Counted from the whole stretch's first letter, positions 41,839-56,050 are shown. The stretch: 63,888 nucleotides of DNA, filler included, from Octopus bimaculoides (GCF_001194135.2; 5 parts of 5 records of this genome joined end to end with filler, not necessarily neighbours in it), one strand, 5' to 3'. Notes: generated by a model not told the origin, from the letters alone. Made by a program: numbers and translations.

Positions 41839-41956
41839 TACATTCAACTGGAAAGTATCGAGTAATTCTTCATTTTCATGTTAGATTGCTTTTATATATA
41901 ACTTGGCATAAGCAGACACATACATATCTATGTATAGGCAGGGAAGGATGGAGAGA

Positions 41957-42069
<113 letters not shown>

Positions 42070-43341
42070 TGAGAGAGAGAGAGAGAATGAGAGAATGAGA
42101 GAGAAAAAGACTGTTATATAGATATAGCTGGTTTTGATGCTTACTCAATTTTAACGGCTTCATTATGGCCATTATTCACATATTTAATTGTTTTATAGGG
42201 AAAATTCTGATTTGCTTTCATTAAGAAAAGTATGTCGAAAAGTCAGAGGACATACAACCTGAAAAACGAACTTCTTCCGATGCCGAGGGCAGTTTTTATC
42301 GAGATAATGGATTGGATTATTAACCTTTAATATTTACAAACCACAACTACAGGATCAGCAGCAGTATAAGTATATATGAAAAATGCTATGTGATAGCGAT
42401 CTGTCCACGATCCCTGGTATGTGACAGTCGGGACTTATAAGATCAAGATAACTGGTTTAGATATAACAGCCAGAGACTATAACTAAAACTAGAACTATGC
42501 CAATTGACACTTTTGTCCCTTCTATCTACAAAGGTTTTATACTTACAGTAAGTAGGATGTAGGCATGAAAGTTACACAGTGGCGATGATAATTAGAGTAG
42601 TAGATAGAATAAAACCGATGGACACAAACATAGAAATTAAACCTGGGCTCATAACATTATTCACAGCCCAAGAAAATGCTACAGGGCATAATCCCCCGTT
42701 AATAACATAATTGTCTAAAATGAAATATTAGGTATGTATTATATAAGAGAATTCTTAAGCTACATAAGAGACATTTCCCCTTATAACTCAAATGTTGCTA
42801 AATTCTCAACAAAGATACTATATATTTCTCATATTTTTTAGTCCTAGATTTTGCCAGAATCCAACGTTCTCTCAGTCTATTCAAAACTGAACAAACACAA
42901 TCGAAATCCACCCACGAATATACGAGTAAAACATATTCAATTCAATAATACAAATAAAATAATTCACTCTGTACTAACAAAACATATTCAATACAATAAC
43001 TGCCCAATAAACTGACACAACACATGTGTCTACCGAATCACCACCAAGCAATATGACACAAAATAGCCCCAACATACTTAATGACTGCTAAAATATATAG
43101 GATTACATAATGCTTTCTACGATAGGCCAGAGTGCTAAACTGGTACTTATTTCATCGACCCTCAAAGGATGAAAGGCAAAGTCAGTCTCGGTGCAGAATT
43201 TGAAGGCAGACCGTAAAAACAGACGAAATACTGCAGGCATTTTGTCCGACGTGCTTACGATTCTGCCAGCTCGCCGACTTATAGGCTTATACAAGCGATA
43301 ACCGATAATACTAATAACTCGCACGCACAACATTCTATAGT

Positions 43342-43342
43342 T

Positions 43343-43394
<52 letters not shown>

Positions 43395-43412
43395 GATTAG
43401 TAGTAGTAGGAT

Positions 43413-43457
<45 letters not shown>

Positions 43458-43460
43458 GAT

Positions 43461-43513
<53 letters not shown>
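43342..43513. repeat. (TAG)n microsatellite with periodic GATTAG interruptions. Representative of dozens of SSRs: (TA)n, (CA)n, (GA)n, (TATC)n, (TAA)n, (GAT)n, (TACA)n.
   Basis: Read directly. Most N gaps are bordered by (TA)n. Confidence 0.95.
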
Positions 43514-43791
43514 ATTATTAAATTATTATTATGGTTTCAAATTTTGGCACAAGGGCAGCAATTTTGGGGGAGGGATTTAGTCGATTACGATTTTAGGGGA
43601 GAGGCTGCATCGACCCCATTGCTCAAATAATACTTATTTTATCAACTCCAATAGGATGAAAGGCAAAGTCGATGTCTGCGGAATTTGAATTCAGAACGTG
43701 TAGACGGGCGAAATCCCGCAAAGCATTTTCTCTGACATGTTATCAATTCTGTCAGCTCGTTGACTTAATAATAATAATAATAATAATAATA

Positions 43792-43862
<71 letters not shown>

Positions 43863-44956
43863 AAATGCCCTGATGCCGTACCAAGCAGTGGTCCTCATGG
43901 CTTCTGATCTTAACTGATTGAAAGTGTTATCATGTACATTATTTTGTCTTGGTATAAAAAGATGGGCTACAGCAAATATTCTACACAATACCACAGATTT
44001 GCTTATCAGTTGTTTGACCTTAACCAGTTGAGCACTTGGTGGCTGACGATATGTGCATCTCTGATCATGAGCAGAAGTAGTGGGGGAATACCATAGCCAT
44101 GTGATGAGAAAAATTCTTTGGGGTTTGGATAATTCACTTTTGGAAACAACGGTGTTTTTTTCATCATTCTTAAATAACCCTTATTCAGAGACCTTTTGAG
44201 TGGGATGGACTACTAGACCTGAAGAAAATTCTAACTGGGCCATACCTGTAAGGTCATGCGTTGTTTATCTTGATATGAGATCACCATGTCGCGCACATAT
44301 AGTTGTGATGCATTTGCCTGGTGTATCCTTATCAGACAGGCTTCGTATATTTTACCCCAGTTTCACGTTGATAGCATGCACTGCTCTCTCACTCATAATA
44401 ACAATAATAATAAACGCCCTGATGCAGTACCAAGCAATGGCTCTCATGTCTTCTGATCTTAACTGATTGGAAGTGTTATCGTGTACATGTTTTGTCTTGG
44501 TGTAAAAGATGAGCTACAGCAAATATTCTGCTCAATCTCACAGATTTGCTTGTCAGTTGTTTGACATTAACCATTTGAGCGTGTCTCTTAGTAGCTGACA
44601 ATATGCGCATCTCTGATCACGAGCAGGGTTAATAGTGGAGCATCATAACCATGTGTTGAGAGGAATTCTTTGGAGTTTGAATTATTCATCTCTGGAAACA
44701 CGGGTGTTTCGTTCATCATCCTTAAACAACCCTTATTCAAGGATCTTTTGAGCGGGATGGGCTACTCGACTGAAAGAGAATTCTAACTGGGCCCCCACCT
44801 GCAAGGTCATGCGCTGTTTATTTTGATATGAGATCACCATGTCGCGCACATATGGTCGTGATACATGTGCCCGATGTACCCTTATCAGATGGGTGGTCAT
44901 GATGGGTATATTTGCACCCTAGCGTCACTTTGACGGCAGGTGCTAATCTCTCACTC
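43863..44956 (+). repeat. Head-to-tail dimer of a ~530-545-bp interspersed element (43863-44394 and 44412-44956) embedded in TAA/TGA/TAC arrays
   Basis: Both copies run gccctgatgc.gtacc...ctctcactc followed by aataat. Clearly homologous but diverged. Confidence 0.85.
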
Positions 44957-44976
44957 AATACTACTACTACTACTAT

Positions 44977-45011
<35 letters not shown>

Positions 45012-46127
45012 ATAATAATAATAATAATAATATCGATCCCGAAAGGATGAAAAGCAAAGTCGACCTCGACGGAATTTGAACTCAGAATGTAAGGTCGGAC
45101 GAAATGCCGCTAAGCATTTTGTCCGATAACAATAATAATAATAACTCAAGAAACACATAGATTTCGGAAAACAGCATCTTTTATTGACGAATGATGGGTA
45201 CAAGAATGGAGTAAAAATTGTAAAAAGTGACAAAGTCTTTCGTGGGTTTAGTTGTTAAAGTCGTGTTTGTTGCTGTTGTTGTTGTTATTTATGTTGTTTT
45301 TTTTCTTTTCTTCTTTTTTTTTTCTTCTTTTTCATCATCTTANNNNNNNNNNNNNNNNNNNNNNNNNNNNNNNNNNNNNNNNNNNNNNNNNNNNNNNNNN
45401 NNNNNNNNNNNNNNNNNNNNNNNNNNNNNNNNNNNNNNNNNNNNNNNNNNNNNNNNNNNNNNNNNNNNNNNNNNNNNNNNNNNNNNNNNNNNNNNNNNNN
45501 NNNNNNNNNNNNNNNNNNNNNNNNNNNNNNNNNNNNNNNNNNNNNNNNNNNNNNNNNNNNNNNNNNNNNNNNNNNNNNNNNNNNNNNNNNNNNNNNNNNN
45601 NNNNNNNNNNNNNNNNNNNNNNNNNNNNNNNNNNNNNNNNNNNNNNNNNNNNNNNNNNNNNNNNNNNNNNNNNNNNNNNNNNNNNNNNNNNNNNNNNNNN
45701 NNNNNNNNNNNNNNNNNNNNNNNNNNNNNNNNNNNNNNNNNNNNNNNNNNNNNNNNNNNNNNNNNNNNNNNNNNNNNNNNNNNNNNNNNNNNNNNNNNNN
45801 NNNNNNNNNNNNNNNNNNNNNNNNNNNNNNNNNNNNNNNNNNNNNNNNNNNNNNNNNNNNNNNNNNNNNNNNNNNNNNNNNNNNNNNNNNNNNNNNNNNN
45901 NNNNNNNNNNNNNNNNNNNNNNNNNNNNNNNNNNNNNNNNNNNNNNNNNNNNNNNNNNNNNNNNNNNNNNNNNNNNNNNNNNNNNNNNNNNNNNNNNNNN
46001 NNNNNNNNNNNNNNNNNNNNNNNNNNNNNNNNNNNNNNNNNNNNNNNNNNNNNNNNNNNNNNNNNNNNNNNNNNNNNNNNNNNNNNNNNNNNNNNNNNNN
46101 NNNNNNNNNNNNNNNNNNNNNNNNNNN

Positions 46128-46166
<39 letters not shown>

Positions 46167-47338
46167 TATCATTAAATATATATCAATATATATACATATA
46201 TATATATCAGATATATATTATATATTATGTATGCATGTATGTATGTATGCATGTATATATATATATATATGTATACATATATATATGTATATATATATAT
46301 ATGTATATATATATGTATGTATATATATATATGTATGTATATATATCTAGGTATTTGTATGTATATATATGTATGTATATATATGTAGGTATATATTGCT
46401 TATTTGCACATATGTTTAAGCATACAATATGCATTTGTGTCTTACACGTCTATATATGTACGTATACATACATATGGATATATATCATATATATATATAT
46501 ATATATATANNNNNNNNNNNNNNNNNNNNNNNNNNNNNNNNNNNNNNNNNNNNNNNNNNNNNNNNNNNNNNNNNNNNNNNNNNNNNNNNNNNNNNNNNNN
46601 NNNNNNNNNNNNNNNNNNNNNNNNNNNNNNNNNNNNNNNNNNNNNNNNNNNNNNNNNNNNNNNNNNNNNNNNNNNNNNNNNNNNNNNNNNNNNNNNNNNN
46701 NNNNNNNNNNNNNNNNNNNNNNNNNNNNNNNNNNNNNNNNNNNNNNNNNNNNNNNNNNNNNNNNNNNNNNNNNNNNNNNNNNNNNNNNNNNNNNNNNNNN
46801 NNNNNNNNNNNNNNNNNNNNNNNNNNNNNNNNNNNNNNNNNNNNNNNNNNNNNNNNNNNNNNNNNNNNNNNNNNNNNNNNNNNNNNNNNNNNNNNNNNNN
46901 NNNNNNNNNNNNNNNNNNNNNNNNNNNNNNNNNNNNNNNNNNNNNNNNNNNNNNNNNNNNNNNNNNNNNNNNNNNNNNNNNNNNNNNNNNNNNNNNNNNN
47001 NNNNNNNNNNNNNNNNNNNNNNNNNNNNNNNNNNNNNNNNNNNNNNNNNNNNNNNNNNNNNNNNNNNNNNNNNNNNNNNNNNNNNNNNNNNNNNNNNNNN
47101 NNNNNNNNNNNNNNNNNNNNNNNNNNNNNNNNNNNNNNNNNNNNNNNNNNNNNNNNNNNNNNNNNATATATATATTGTATGATGCCTGAAGATTGTTAGT
47201 GTATGCAGTTAAATAAGATATAAGATCGGTTGTATGTATGTATGTATGTATGTATGTATATGTATATATCATGGACTCTCCCGTCGTTAGAATATACTTG
47301 TAAGACTACTATCAATTTTCCAATGAAGTATATCATTA

Positions 47339-47372
<34 letters not shown>

Positions 47373-48308
47373 ATGATGTAATGCCAGAAGATTGTAAGTG
47401 TATGCAGCTAAATAAGATCGGTTGTATGTATGTGTGTATGTATGTATGTATGTATGTATGTATGGATGTATGTATGTATGCATGTATATATACATATGTA
47501 TACATATATATACATCATGGACTCTCCCATCGTTAGACGACGTATGAGGTTTCTGCAATTTTTGCCGAACAACCACACAGATGATGTGTTTATAGTGATC
47601 AAGTGTTTGTGTACACATAAACTCACTCCCTTCATCAAATCAACATTACCTGTACAGGTGCACCGTGTGCCACATGTCAGCTGACGAAATGTTCGCAGAG
47701 CAACGTGAAATGAAGTGCTTTGCTCAAGAACACAACGCAATGCCTGGTCTGAGAATCGAACCGGCGATCTCGCATACACAGATAATCAGAAATGACTCAG
47801 ACGAAAGCAGCTTTATTTTCTATGTCTTCTAATTTTTCTCAACCGATCAATGGCCCGATTGAGTAAACCTATGAATAACGAACATATAGTGACTACTGGA
47901 AACAGCTGTAAGCCAAATTTATACAATAAAGGAAAATACGTAATGACCATTATTTAAGGCATTTTCTCTGATATATATATATATATATACATACAAATGT
48001 GTATACATAGATATTTAACTACGAAAATGCTGACATTTGCTAACTAGATGAAAACATGCTCAATACAAGAAATAAAGCTTATGCTATTTTTGTTGTTATT
48101 TTAAAAGTAAAACTTTATTGGTTGCAACTACAAGTTTTGCGCTTCTGATTATCCTGCTGGTTGAGTATGGGAAACCTAACTAGCAGAAGAACTTGTGAAA
48201 GTTCAACTCCAAAATAATATATAGATACAAAAACACAATGTGTATATATATATATATATATTTAAGCAATGTTAATTCCCTAAATGAGGTATTAACAGTA
48301 ACTGCACG

Positions 48309-48549
48309 ATAAAGTGAAGTATATTGCCACTTAAATGTGGCTGACCCCTAGGGGTGGATGTTACTGTTGCTTTTAGCTCCAGGAGGACATCTCCTCCAGC
48401 TGGCTTATCGACACACTTCTGTGTCCTGTTTCCTGACAGAAGTGTGTCGATAAGCCAGCTGGAGGAGATGTCCTCCTGGGGCTAAAAACAACAGTAACAT
48501 CCACCCCTAGGGGTCAGCTACATTTAAGTGGCAATATACTTCACTTTAT
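48309..48549. repeat. Near-perfect palindrome (foldback MITE-like): 114-bp arms, 13-nt loop
   Basis: Arms 48309-48422 and 48436-48549 with three mismatches by eye. Loop gtcctgtttcctg. Confidence 0.95.
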
Positions 48550-49358
48550 ATATATTTATNNNNNNNNNNNNNNNNNNNNNNNNNNNNNNNNNNNNNNNNN
48601 NNNNNNNNNNNNNNNNNNNNNNNNNNNNNNNNNNNNNNNNNNNNNNNNNNNNNNNNNNNNNNNNNNNNNNNNNNNNNNNNNNNNNNNNNNNNNNNNNNNN
48701 NNNNNNNNNNNNNNNNNNNNNNNNNNNNNNNNNNNNNNNNNNNNNNNNNNNNNNNNNNNNATATATATATATATATATACATTAAAGTATTAATTAGAAT
48801 GAGACAAATTTCAAGTTCAGTACTACTCCTCATCAAAGCCGACACACATCTAAACAGAGGGTGTATATAAGCCTAAGCCATTATAAATATGCAAACATAT
48901 AACATATAAAAACATATATATATGTATATATATACGTATGTGTGTGTGTGTGTGTGTGTGTTCTGAATCTAATGAATCTGTTTATCCTGTGAAGTTAATA
49001 ATTTTGATTAGTTCATGACTCTATATGAATAAACCCCCCCCTCTCCAAATGGATCAATTTGTATATTTAATTCTCTTACACTTGAAATTTCATATACTAC
49101 CATTCTCCCATCGTTGGCATATCGCCTAATGAATTTCTAATGAAGTATATTACCTGAAGACGTGGCATTTTACGAAAAACACGTTATTGCATAATGTTAT
49201 ATGATCTTGCGCGTCATTACATGCAACGTGTTAATAATAAACTTTGCAACTAAAACGTGAGTAGTAACACAAATTATCCATTCTTTTCGTCTTCCTTACT
49301 GCGTATGTGCACATACACCCATATATAAATATATATATAGATATATGTACGTATGTAT

Positions 49359-49404
<46 letters not shown>

Positions 49405-49902
49405 NNNNNNNNNNNNNNNNNNNNNNNNNNNNNNNNNNNNNNNNNNNNNNNNNNNNNNNNNNNNNNNNNNNNNNNNNNNNNNNNNNNNNNNNNNNNNNNN
49501 NNNNNNNNNNNNNNNNNNNNNNNNNNNNNNNNNNNNNNNNNNNNNNNNNNNNNNNNNNNNNNNNNNNNNNNNNNNNNNNNNNNNNNNNNNNNNNNNNNNN
49601 NNNNNNNNNNNNNNNNNNNNNNNNNNNNNNNNNNNNNNNNNNNNNNNNNNNNNNNNNNNNNNNNNNNNNNNNNNNNNNNNNNNNNNNNNNNNNNNNNNNN
49701 NNNNNNNNNNNNNNNNNNNNNNNNNNNNNNNNNNNNNNNNNNNNNNNNNNNNNNNNNNNNNNNNNNNNNNNNNNNNNNNNNNNNNNNNNNNNNNNNNNNN
49801 NNNNNNNNNNNNNNNNNNNNNNNNNNNNNNNNNNNNNNNNNNNNNNNNNNNNNNNNNNNNNNNNNNNNNNNNNNNNNNNNNNNNNNNNNNNNNNNNNNNN
49901 NN

Positions 49903-49939
<37 letters not shown>

Positions 49940-51049
49940 GAATATATAACTTATTCATGGCTTCATACTACATGGAAGTAATAGACAAACTATCTGTCTA
50001 TTTTACAATATTTCTGTTAATCGTTTTTCCATATTTTGCGTTAGTTTAAGTATTTGTCGTTTCTTACTCTTCGAGTGTATGAGAGCTATAATTCTACATA
50101 TATTGAATTTTCATAACCGAAAGAGCAGAACGTAGTTAGGTGTAAAATTAAGTATAACCTCATTACTGCTGTAAATTTGTATATAATATCCTCCAAGTAT
50201 TTTGTCATTAAATTAATTACCGTTTTTTGTTTTCTAATTACTGTTTACTTCGTTTTGCCCTTTTGTTTTGTGTTTTTTTCTTCTGTTTTCACGTCATTGT
50301 ACATACAGTGTTTCGTTTTTATAGGTTTGTTTGTTTTTTCTTGTTAACAGATTAAACACTATGAAGTTATCTAGAGATTATGCCATTACCATCATCATCA
50401 TCATCATCATCATTACCATCATCAACACGATTACCATCATCATCATCATCATCATCATCATCATTATCATCATCAGCATCCTCACGACGATGGTAATGCA
50501 CCATCATCATCAGCATGCTCACCTTCGTCGTCTTTGTCGTTGTTGACAACCTCACCACCACCACCACCACTACCGCCATCACCACTACCATCATCATCTT
50601 CATCGTCGTCGTCGTCGTAGTCGTGAACATTGTTGTAGTCGCCGAGGCCGTTCGTCATGATGTGTAGGTGAAAATGGTTTTTATGAATGATTGCAATAAC
50701 CAAAGCAGTTGCTAGTCGTGTAAATAGCAACAGTAGACGACGATAATTCTGTTAATGTTATCATTTTTCTTGTCATTGCTTTTGCGCATTTTTTTTTTTA
50801 CTCCTTATTTGCAGTTTTATTCTTGTACTAAGAATGTTTCAATGATAAGAGAAATATGTCGTTCTCAAATGCCACGTGACGTTTTATCTATCCATATATG
50901 GCACATGCATTCTTATTGCATATTACTCCAAGATGGAAAGCAATTAAGATAGGAAAGACTGAAAATGCTAATTATGCAGCATTGAGGAATGGATGTCGGA
51001 TCAGCAAAACATATTTTGAGTCTTTCTCCTATGTGTGTGTGTGTACACG

Positions 51050-51088
<39 letters not shown>

Positions 51089-51561
51089 NNNNNNNNNNNN
51101 NNNNNNNNNNNNNNNNNNNNNNNNNNNNNNNNNNNNNNNNNNNNNNNNNNNNNNNNNNNNNNNNNNNNNNNNNNNNNNNNNNNNNNNNNNNNNNNNNNNN
51201 NNNNNNNNNNNNNNNNNNNNNNNNNNNNNNNNNNNNNNNNNNNNNNNNNNNNNNNNNNNNNNNNNNNNNNNNNNNNNNNNNNNNNNNNNNNNNNNNNNNN
51301 NNNNNNNNNNNNNNNNNNNNNNNNNNNNNNNNNNNNNNNNNNNNNNNNNNNNNNNNNNNNNNNNNNNNNNNNNNNNNNNNNNNNNNNNNNNNNNNNNNNN
51401 NNNNNNNNNNNNNNNNNNNNNNNNNNNNNNNNNNNNNNNNNNNNNNNNNNNNNNNNNNNNNNNNNNNNNNNNNNNNNNNNNNNNNNNNNNNNNNNNNNNN
51501 NNNNNNNNNNNNNNNNNNNNNNNNNNNNNNNNNNNNNNNNNNNNNNNNNNNNNNNNNNNNN

Positions 51562-51593
<32 letters not shown>

Positions 51594-51641
51594 GTATATA
51601 TACGTATATATATATATATTCATATATATACACACGCCTAC

Positions 51642-51675
<34 letters not shown>

Positions 51676-52065
51676 GAATGTATGTATGTATATATACGTG
51701 TGTATTCGCTGTTTTCTCCATTTGGCTATTTTGTTTTAAGTTTTTGTTGATGTAAATGCTTTGGTTTTGTTTATATGTTTTTTTCAATAACATTTTAGGT
51801 TTTTGTTGTTGATTTTGTTCTCTTTTCTTTTTTTTCTTTCTGTTTGTCATGTTGATCTTTCAAGGAATTCAGCACAAGGTATCAATATACGTACGTATAC
51901 GTTACATATGCGAGTGCGTATCTGCCTGTGTGGCGTGTGTGTGCGTTTGAGTGGATATCTGTATGTGTGAATGTGTATGTGTGTGCGCCTGGATGTGCGT
52001 GCGTGCGTGTGTGTATATGTGTGTGTATATGTGTGTTTTTTTCTTTCTCGCGTCTCATTGGTTGG

Positions 52066-52275
52066 TTATTCTTCGTCAGCAAAGAGAATGTGGCCGGAGA
52101 ATGTAGTGTACAGGTATCCAGATAAAAACGAAGCGCGTTGCAATGCTTCGCACCACACCTCGTCGCCGCGTTTCAAGTGCAATATGGCACCACCTGAGGC
52201 TGATGACCAAGTAGGGATACTTTCCGCCCAAATAGTTACTATCATCTTGTCATTGTGCATCAGCATCACAGCAGC
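52066..52275 (-). CDS. C1q-domain-containing protein, terminal coding exon: AAVMLMHNDKMIVTIWAESIPTWSSASGGAILHLKRGDEVWCEALQRASFLSGYLYTTFSGHILFADEE*
   Basis: Long polypyrimidine tract plus catAG acceptor on - (52277-76), TAA stop at 52068-66. SASGGAILHLKRGDEVW and YTTFSGHIL are the canonical C-terminal strands of the gC1q domain. Confidence 0.9.
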   Translation of the reverse strand, partial: AAVMLMHNDKMIVTIWAESIPTWSSASGGAILHLKRGDEVWCEALQRASFLSGYLYTTFSGHILFADEE

Positions 52276-52400
52276 CTATGAAGAAAGAATAAAAGAAAGA
52301 AATAAAACGAAAATTATGAATGACAAACAACTTATTCATTAGTAGGTATAATAATTAGGAATCAGTTTATTTGTCACTGTTGCTGTTGTTATTATTATTA

Positions 52401-52471
<71 letters not shown>

Positions 52472-52698
52472 CAGTAATCCCTTGCCATATCGAGGTTCAC
52501 ATATAGCAGTTTATTATTTAAGCTTACGTCGATTTCTCTGTGGTGTTGTTTTGCACTTATAATAATAAAAAAATATATACAAATTATAAAAATAATAATA
52601 AAATATATATACAGTACAGTACTGTTTCTACTTCGCGGATTTTCACATATCGCGGGCGGTTTTGGAACGTAACACTTGCGATAGTCGAAAGATTACTA
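52472..52698. mobile_element. Tc1/mariner-superfamily (pogo/Tigger-like) MITE
   Basis: TA-cagtaatcccttgccatatcg ... cgatagtcgaaagattacta-TA: imperfect TIRs with TA target duplication. Confidence 0.7.
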
Positions 52699-52748
52699 TA
52701 CACACAACAGATTAGACTGTTGGAAAAAAAAATTCTTAACATCGGGGC

Positions 52749-53094
52749 TACAAGTAATTTTAGAAGCCAATACCTTCCTTAGTATCCTAGCTGTCCCTAA
52801 TAAGACTGTTTTCTGGAGCTGTACTAAACTGGGTTTTATGCCTATTTCCTCTATCCATCTGTTCAACTCTGTAGGGTGCAAGTGCTCCACCCTTATTGCA
52901 GCGCCTATTTGTTCCACATTATTATTATTGTTCAGTAGTTTTATTTTTATAACGTGCTTTCACTTCACTACCGAGCGACAGCTCTGTGCGCCTTGGGTAT
53001 GTGCTGTGGTTTGCTGTGGTGCTCTTAAGTTTACTGTATTGAAAGTGTTTTGCGTAGAATGTGTGCAGTACCCAGTAGTGCAATTTTCTGTATG

Positions 53095-53166
<72 letters not shown>

Positions 53167-53472
53167 TTTGGCTTTTGCTTTCTATTTGTACAAGTTGACT
53201 TCAAGTCTCACCCAGAGACCTCAAGAGACAAAAAGTTAGAAGTTCAAGTTGGTGTTATGCCTTGGGTGTCATATATTTGGTTTTGCACAGAGTATTGTTC
53301 TAGAGTATGTCTGTCATAACATAAGAAAATTAAAAGCTTGTTTTCAAAGTATGCTTTAAAAGTAATCTGATAAGATGATAGTGTGAGCTTACGATCTTAA
53401 AAGGTGTTTGTGCTATCATGTACATTTAAAAATAATTTTGATTATTTTTTACTATTATTATTATTACTATTA

Positions 53473-53522
<50 letters not shown>

Positions 53523-53722
53523 TAGTAGTTTTAGTTTTATAACGCGCTTTCACTTCACTACCAAGCGCAGCTCTGTGTGCCTGGGGTATGTGATGTGGTT
53601 TGCTGTGATGCTCTTATGGTTACTATATTGAAAGTGTTTTGCGTAGGATGTGTGCAGTGCCCACTAGTGAAATTTTCTGTATGTTATATATATTTATAAG
53701 TCCTGGTGTTTTTGTTATGTAT
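52749..53722 (-). mobile_element. Three 5'-truncated REL-endonuclease non-LTR retrotransposon (R4/Dong/NeSL-like) 3' ends in (TAA)n arrays: ~52749-52917, 52930-53097 and 53522-53722
   Basis: LQKTVLLGTARILRKVL, IQKIALLGTAHILRKTL and IQKISLVGTAHILRKTL. The latter two share a 3' UTR ending in TAA repeats. Confidence 0.8.
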
Positions 53723-53730
53723 TTGTCTGA

Positions 53731-53807
<77 letters not shown>

Positions 53808-53926
53808 TAAGTGCAAAGTTAAAAAAATAATGGCAACACATAGAGAAAGGTAAAGAGAGGGGCAGAAAGACAGTGAGGCACACAGAAAGAGAGAGAGGAG
53901 AGAGAGAGAAAGAGAAAGAAGGTAAT

Positions 53927-53972
<46 letters not shown>

Positions 53973-54984
53973 TTGTGGAGACATTGTGGAGACATTGTGG
54001 AGACATTGTGTGTGTGTATGTGTGTGTGAAGGAGAGAGAACAGATGTCCATCATCCGGTTTAACACCCACGCTTAGCATCTTGGGTGCTTTTAGATAGAT
54101 AGACAGATAGATAGATAGGTAAGTAGGTATNNNNNNNNNNNNNNNNNNNNNNNNNNNNNNNNNNNNNNNNNNNNNNNNNNNNNNNNNNNNNNNNNNNNNN
54201 NNNNNNNNNNNNNNNNNNNNNNNNNNNNNNNNNNNNNNNNNNNNNNNNNNNNNNNNNNNNNNNNNNNNNNNNNNNNNNNNNNNNNNNNNNNNNNNNNNNN
54301 NNNNNNNNNNNNNNNNNNNNNNNNNNNNNNNNNNNNNNNNNNNNNNNNNNNNNNNNNNNNNNNNNNNNNNNNNNNNNNNNNNNNNNNNNNNNNNNNNNNN
54401 NNNNNNNNNNNNNNNNNNNNNNNNNNNNNNNNNNNNNNNNNNNNNNNNNNNNNNNNNNNNNNNNNNNNNNNNNNNNNNNNNNNNNNNNNNNNNNNNNNNN
54501 NNNNNNNNNNNNNNNNNNNNNNNNNNNNNNNNNNNNNNNNNNNNNNNNNNNNNNNNNNNNNNNNNNNNNNNNNNNNNNNNNNNNNNNNNTATATATATAC
54601 ACATAAAATATATACATACATACATACATACATACAGACAGACAGACAGACAGACATACAAATATATATATTCTTCCATTTGTTTTAGTCATTTAAATGC
54701 GGCCATGCTGGAGCACTGATTTTAGTCGAACAAATCAACCCCATGACTTATTATTTGTAAGCCTAGTACTTATTCTATCAGCCTCTTTTGTCGAACCGCT
54801 AAGTTACGGGGACGTAAACACGCCAGTATCGGTTGTCAAGCGATGTTGGGGGGACTTAACGGTTCGGCAAAAGGCCCCGGTAGAATAGGTACTAGGCTTA
54901 TAAAGAATAAGTCCTGGGGTCGATTTGCTCGACTAAAGACGGCGCTCCAGCATGGCCACAGTCAAATGACTGAAACAAGTAAAA

Positions 54985-55017
<33 letters not shown>

Positions 55018-56016
55018 NNNNNNNNNNNNNNNNNNNNNNNNNNNNNNNNNNNNNNNNNNNNNNNNNNNNNNNNNNNNNNNNNNNNNNNNNNNNNNNNNNN
55101 NNNNNNNNNNNNNNNNNNNNNNNNNNNNNNNNNNNNNNNNNNNNNNNNNNNNNNNNNNAGTCTTTTAAAAGTATTTAACTTAACCGGTTTTACTTATTTA
55201 AAAAGATTTTCCGAAGTAAAGTGTGAGGCCTTATGTATCCTCTGTGGTGTGAAAAGTTAGTTTACATAAATGCATTCAAATCAAAATGATAGAGTTTTTG
55301 ACAATGCCAAAAAAAATGTTTGAGGCTTTACGTATCCTCTGTGATGAATCAAAAACTAGTTTACATAAAACATTCAGGTAATAAAAATTTTTACAATGAT
55401 AAGAAGATAAAAATTAGTTTACATAAATATATCCAAATCAAGTAATAAAAATCTTTGACAAGAAGATAAAAACGTGTTTGGTTTGTCGATCAGTGGGTAC
55501 TAAAGTTTTAGTCTCACTGTGATCAGAAACCATAATTGCTTGCGGCATCTTAAATTGAGAAAATTGTGAGTTAAGAAATAACAGGCAATTTATAGTTCTC
55601 GTATCTTGCTGTAGCGTCTCGTATCTGGATGGAATTTGATAGTTATTACTATTTTATACAGAAATGGTGGCTCAAAATTGCCTTCCTTTAAAAAAGGCAA
55701 TGTGATTGGCTGATGGCAGTCACGTGATCAAAAGATGGTTCTGTTTTTAAAAAATGGTGGCTTAGAATTGCTTTCTCTTTTAAAACAGTGTTGATGGTTG
55801 ATGGCAGTCACATGATCAAAAGGTAGTTCTCGATTGCCCTGATTTCAAATAGTTGTTGTGGAGCCAAGAAAGACTTGTTTGGTGAGCTGGTTCTGTTACG
55901 GTTCAGTAGTTTTGGCTGGTGTTTTCGGTTTTATATGTATGATTCACAAGTTAAAAATGGCGTCTATTTGCGTGTAAGTGTGTGTATTTTTTCTGGGAAA
56001 TGCGAATAGCGGGTTT

Positions 56017-56050
<34 letters not shown>

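Noticed and set aside
45227-47182. 651-aa ORF and other long ORFs running through N runs (5379-6188, 9821-10456, 17965-18865, 30476-31340, 49296-50049, 50898-51677, 53819-54692)
   Set aside because: Length comes from N codons and (TA)n-derived YIYI repeats; no real coding signal.
49154-49190. CTGAAGA-cgtg-gcattt-tac-GAAA
   Set aside because: No stem I or credible stem III; expected by chance in 64 kb.
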